Shown here one piece after another: positions 60,576 through 64,000 of a DNA stretch of 64,000 nt. The position numbers and the translations under genes were made by a program. The notes below the pieces were generated by a model. That model was not told the origin of the DNA. It did not search any database and worked only from the letters and a program-made list of their open reading frames with translations. The stretch is from an uncultured Alphaproteobacteria bacterium (GTDB lineage Bacteria > Pseudomonadota > Alphaproteobacteria > RF32 > CAG-239), in the NCBI GenBank assembly GCA_944391405.1, contig CALXTN010000001.1, positions 4,503 to 68,502 of the forward strand. The letters are read 5' to 3'. How positions within the stretch are numbered: position 1 is the stretch's first letter; the number at the start of each line of letters is the position of its first letter.

Positions 60576-61709
60576 ATGTATAATCATAAAGAACGTCTTA
60601 TCTATGTGTTATTATTAATTTTTATGTGTCTGGTTTCTTTTGGGTTAGGTTTCTTTGTTTTTAGAACATCTCACCTTCAAGAGACCAGATCACTGCCTAT
60701 CTCTGACAGTATTGTTCTTAATGCCAAACAAATTATTCCCCAGGATAATTTTGTTACTAAAAACTATGTAGGTTTTGTTGAAGCTATTCATCAAGTACAA
60801 ATTATTCCTTATGTCAGTGGTTTTTTGCAACATATTGCTGTTAAAGCTGGGCAATCTGTTAATGAAGGAGATTTATTGTTAACAATTAATCCGGATGAAT
60901 ATAATGCTAAACTTAATATTGCAAAAGCTGCTGTTTTACAAGCGGAAGCAGATTTTGAATATAATAAAACTTATTACAACCGTATTTTAAAATCTGGTAA
61001 AAAAGCTTTTTCTGAAACAGAAATTGATAGTGCGAAAAATAATTTTCTTCAATCACAGGCTAATTTAGAAAATGCCAGAGCAAACCTAAATTTAGCAGAA
61101 GTTAACCTAAATTATACAACTATTAAAGCGCCTATTTCAGGTGTTATCGGAAACTTTTCTCTTAGTAAGGGTGACTATGTTTCCCCTGCTTCTGGAACCT
61201 TGATTGATATTATACAAATGTCCCCTATTCGTATTGTATTTTCTATCACAGATAAAGAATATCTTAACTTAAAGGAAAATAGTCCACTCTTATTTCAAAA
61301 TGCTTCCATTCACTTAAAATTATCTAATAATGCAATTTTTGAATATTCTGGAATCTTCAAATATACTGATAATCAGATTGATAGAAATACTAATTCTTTG
61401 GCTATTTATATTTATTTTAAAAACAAAAATCAATTACTCCTTCCTAATTCTTATGTTACTGTTGAAGTTAGGCACCGCTTTAAAAACACCGTTTTAATTG
61501 AAAAAGAATTTGTACAATTATTGCCTGATGGTGCTTTTGTTAGTATAGCTAGAAACAATTCTCCATTCAAAATGAAAGTTAATATTCTTGCAGATGCAGG
61601 AGCAAATTATATTGTTGAAAATTCTTTTCATTCTGGAGATTTACTTATTTTAGATAAATTTTCTAAAATTCCAAACGGGGCAACTATTCGTTTTAACATT
61701 GTTGATTAA
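60576..61709 (+). CDS. RND efflux periplasmic adaptor (membrane fusion protein)
   Basis: N-terminal TM anchor, lipoyl/hairpin pattern (GQSVNEGDLLLTINPDEY...LAEVNLNYTTIKAPISGVIG). It lies directly upstream of the RND pump. Confidence 0.88.
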   Translation: MYNHKERLIYVLLLIFMCLVSFGLGFFVFRTSHLQETRSLPISDSIVLNAKQIIPQDNFVTKNYVGFVEAIHQVQIIPYVSGFLQHIAVKAGQSVNEGDLLLTINPDEYNAKLNIAKAAVLQAEADFEYNKTYYNRILKSGKKAFSETEIDSAKNNFLQSQANLENARANLNLAEVNLNYTTIKAPISGVIGNFSLSKGDYVSPASGTLIDIIQMSPIRIVFSITDKEYLNLKENSPLLFQNASIHLKLSNNAIFEYSGIFKYTDNQIDRNTNSLAIYIYFKNKNQLLLPNSYVTVEVRHRFKNTVLIEKEFVQLLPDGAFVSIARNNSPFKMKVNILADAGANYIVENSFHSGDLLILDKFSKIPNGATIRFNIVD

Positions 61710-61724
61710 TAGGAGAAACATACA

Positions 61725-64000
61725 ATGTTTTCAAAATTTTTTATTGATAGACCTCGTTTTGCTTTGGTTATTTCTATTATTTTGATGATATTAGGGGGCT
61801 TAGCTATTAAAATTTTACCTATTTCTCAATTTCCTAATATTACTCCTCCACAAGTTACTGTTCAAACAAATTATTTAGGGGCTAATGCTCAAGTTTTAAT
61901 AGATACCGTTGCTGTTCCTATTGAAAACCAAATCAATGGTGTTGAAAATATGTTGTATATGTCTTCAACTTCCGACGATAATGGCAGTTATAATCTTACA
62001 GTTACTTTTGACATTGGGACTGATCCTGACATTGCTCAAGTTAAAGTTCAAAATCGGCTTCAACAGGTTAATAGCGATTTGCCAGAAGAAGTCATTCAAG
62101 ATGGTTTAGACGTCTCAACAGAAAATGCTGATATTTTAGCACTTATTGTTTTGCAATCTCCTAATCATTCTTATGATGATTTATTTCTTAGCAACTATGC
62201 TTATACAAATATTAAAAATCCTTTATCTCGTTTATATGGTATTGGTCAGGTTCAAATTTTTGGTCCACAATATAGTATGAGAATTTGGCTTGACATTGAT
62301 AAGATTACAGCTCTTGGTCTTAGTAGCGAAGATATTATTAAAGCGGTACAAAATCAAAATGTTCAGGCTGCTGTCGGAAGTATTGGTTCTGCGCCTAGTG
62401 CAAAAGACTCTAAGCTTGTCTTTACATTAACAGCAAAAGGATTGCTCAACAGCGTTCAGGATTTTTCTAATATTATTGTCGCAACTTCTCCCAATGGCGG
62501 TATTACTTACTTAAAAGATGTTGCTAAAATTGAACTTGGTAGAAATTCTTATAATATTAACTCCAAATATAATAATTCTCCTGCTGTTATTATTGCACTT
62601 AATCAAACTCCTAATACAAATGCATTGGAAACAATGAATGATGTACAGGCTGAAATTGATAAATTAGCTCAAACTTTTCCAGATGATATGGAAATTAAAA
62701 TTGCTTATGATTCTACAGATTATGTTCGTGCATCAATTTCCGCTATTATTGAAACTCTTTTTATTACATTTAGTTTGGTTATTCTTGTTACCTATTTATT
62801 CTTACAAAAAATTAAAACAACTCTTATTCCTCTCATTACTATTCCAGTTTCTTTGATTGCTACGTTTATTGTTATCTATGTTTTGGGATTTGATATCAAT
62901 ATTTTAACATTGTTTGCCATGATTCTTGTTATAGGACTTGTGGTTGATGATGCCATTATTGTTGTCGAAAGAGTGCAATATCTTATGTTAAATGAAAAAA
63001 TGAAAGCATATGATGCGACTGTTAAGGCTATGTCTCAAATCGGTAGCGCTATTATTGCAACAACTTTTGTTTTGTTGGCTATATTTGTTCCTGTAGGCTT
63101 AATGGTGGGTATTACCGGAAAAATTTATCAGCAATTTGCTGTTGCCATTGCTACAGCCGTTATTTTTTCGGCTTTTAATGCTCTTACTCTTAGCCCTGCT
63201 CTTTGTGCTATATTTTTAAATAACGAAGACGAAAATAAAAAAGCGGCTTTCTTTAAACTTTTTAATAACATTTTGGATAAATTTAAAAATCTTTATGTTA
63301 AGATTGTTGGTTATTTTTCTCGCTATTTATTATTAACGACTTTTATTATTTTGGCAGTTCTTGCTATTATCTTTAGTGCTTTTAAAATTACTCCGACTTC
63401 TTTTATTCCGGAAGAAGACCAAGGTATTATCTTTGCTAATATTCAGTTAGATACCACCGCAAGTATTAATCAAACAGATGATGTTTTATCTGAGATGACT
63501 GATAAAATATTACATATGGATGGTATTAAATATGTTATGACCGTTGCGGGTTATAGTCTTCTTGGTGGAGGTGGTGAAAATGTTGCTTTAGGCGTTATTG
63601 GATTGAAAAATTGGTCTGAACGTACAACAAAACAATTATCCGTTGAAGGAATATCAAATTCACTAAGAAATGAATTTCGTTCTTATCCAAATGCTGAGCT
63701 TAATTTTTTTGCTCCTCCTTCTATTCCCGGAATTGGACAAAGTAACGGACTTTCTTTAGAATTAATTGCAACGGATACCGATACCTCTCCTAAAAATTTA
63801 AATAAAGCCTTAAATGAATATTTATTTAAACTTAATCAAAATCCAAATTTAGCCTATGCTTTTAGTACTTTTACTGCAGATACTCCTCATTTGTATCTTA
63901 ATATTGATCGTACTAAACTTCAATTTTATAATATTTCTGTGGCAGAACTATATAATACTCTTCAAGCAAACTTAGGGGCAACTTATATTAATAATATTAC
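61725..64000 (+). CDS. RND (HAE1/AcrB-family) inner-membrane efflux pump, 3' end cut by window edge
   Basis: This ORF is absent from the ORF track, presumably because it has no stop in the window. My translation from the ATG at 61725 gives MFSKFFIDRPRFALVISIILMILGGLAIKILPISQFPNITPPQVTVQTNYLGANA..., a classic AcrB N-terminus. AGGAG SD upstream. Confidence 0.9.
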   Translation, partial: MFSKFFIDRPRFALVISIILMILGGLAIKILPISQFPNITPPQVTVQTNYLGANAQVLIDTVAVPIENQINGVENMLYMSSTSDDNGSYNLTVTFDIGTDPDIAQVKVQNRLQQVNSDLPEEVIQDGLDVSTENADILALIVLQSPNHSYDDLFLSNYAYTNIKNPLSRLYGIGQVQIFGPQYSMRIWLDIDKITALGLSSEDIIKAVQNQNVQAAVGSIGSAPSAKDSKLVFTLTAKGLLNSVQDFSNIIVATSPNGGITYLKDVAKIELGRNSYNINSKYNNSPAVIIALNQTPNTNALETMNDVQAEIDKLAQTFPDDMEIKIAYDSTDYVRASISAIIETLFITFSLVILVTYLFLQKIKTTLIPLITIPVSLIATFIVIYVLGFDINILTLFAMILVIGLVVDDAIIVVERVQYLMLNEKMKAYDATVKAMSQIGSAIIATTFVLLAIFVPVGLMVGITGKIYQQFAVAIATAVIFSAFNALTLSPALCAIFLNNEDENKKAAFFKLFNNILDKFKNLYVKIVGYFSRYLLLTTFIILAVLAIIFSAFKITPTSFIPEEDQGIIFANIQLDTTASINQTDDVLSEMTDKILHMDGIKYVMTVAGYSLLGGGGENVALGVIGLKNWSERTTKQLSVEGISNSLRNEFRSYPNAELNFFAPPSIPGIGQSNGLSLELIATDTDTSPKNLNKALNEYLFKLNQNPNLAYAFSTFTADTPHLYLNIDRTKLQFYNISVAELYNTLQANLGATYINNI

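Noticed and set aside
61909-62109. 66-aa ORF listed by the ORF track in the last 2.3 kb.
   Set aside because: It is out of frame within the RND pump gene, which runs from 61725 off the window edge. The pump is the real feature. The ORF track presumably omitted it because it has no stop codon in the window.

Overview
This is an AT-rich, densely coding bacterial chromosome segment. Hand-counted 60-mers in housekeeping genes give about 28-33% GC. It looks alphaproteobacterial and Rickettsiales/Holosporales-like. That is an inference from the RpoH signature 'SWSLVKLGTTAAQKKLFFNLRK', the pyrH-frr-uppS-cdsA-rseP-bamA-lpxD-fabZ string, and a tolC gene followed by a PopZ-like mini-gene.

Most of the window is core housekeeping: murA, gatCAB, secDF-yajC, sufB, topA, dprA, plsY, the pyrH...fabZ cluster, sufS-sufT-sufE, a sucCD-like pair, comF, tolC, glgP, fba, infC, ligA, rluD, rpoH and an RND efflux pair. 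I saw no rRNA, CRISPR array, IS element, transposase or integrase. One tRNA-Ser(GCU) is present.

Four regions are not ordinary:
1. 50.5-58.4 kb: a seven-gene, minus-strand, translationally coupled operon. It contains a divergent VirD4/TraG-type coupling ATPase and six unrecognisable membrane or acidic coiled-coil proteins, with no VirB/Trb/Dot partner genes. This is my best candidate for an undescribed system.
2. 41.9-43.2 kb: a roughly 1.3 kb, higher-GC cassette just after glgP. It has a consensus extended -10 promoter, a roughly 300-nt leader, a Bacteroidota-style lipoprotein and a strong terminator. An orphan 303-aa protein, a TerB-like protein and tRNA-Ser follow it.
3. 34.7-36.8 kb: a SucCD-like pair fused into the suf operon. 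Its alpha subunit has lost the catalytic phosphohistidine (H246->L) and E208 (->G).
4. 6.9-10.6 kb: a four-gene Lgm/Arn-like lipid A glycosyl-modification locus.

All calls come from reading the supplied translations and sequence by eye. No database search was run. Hand-indexed hairpin and promoter coordinates may be off by 1-2 nt.
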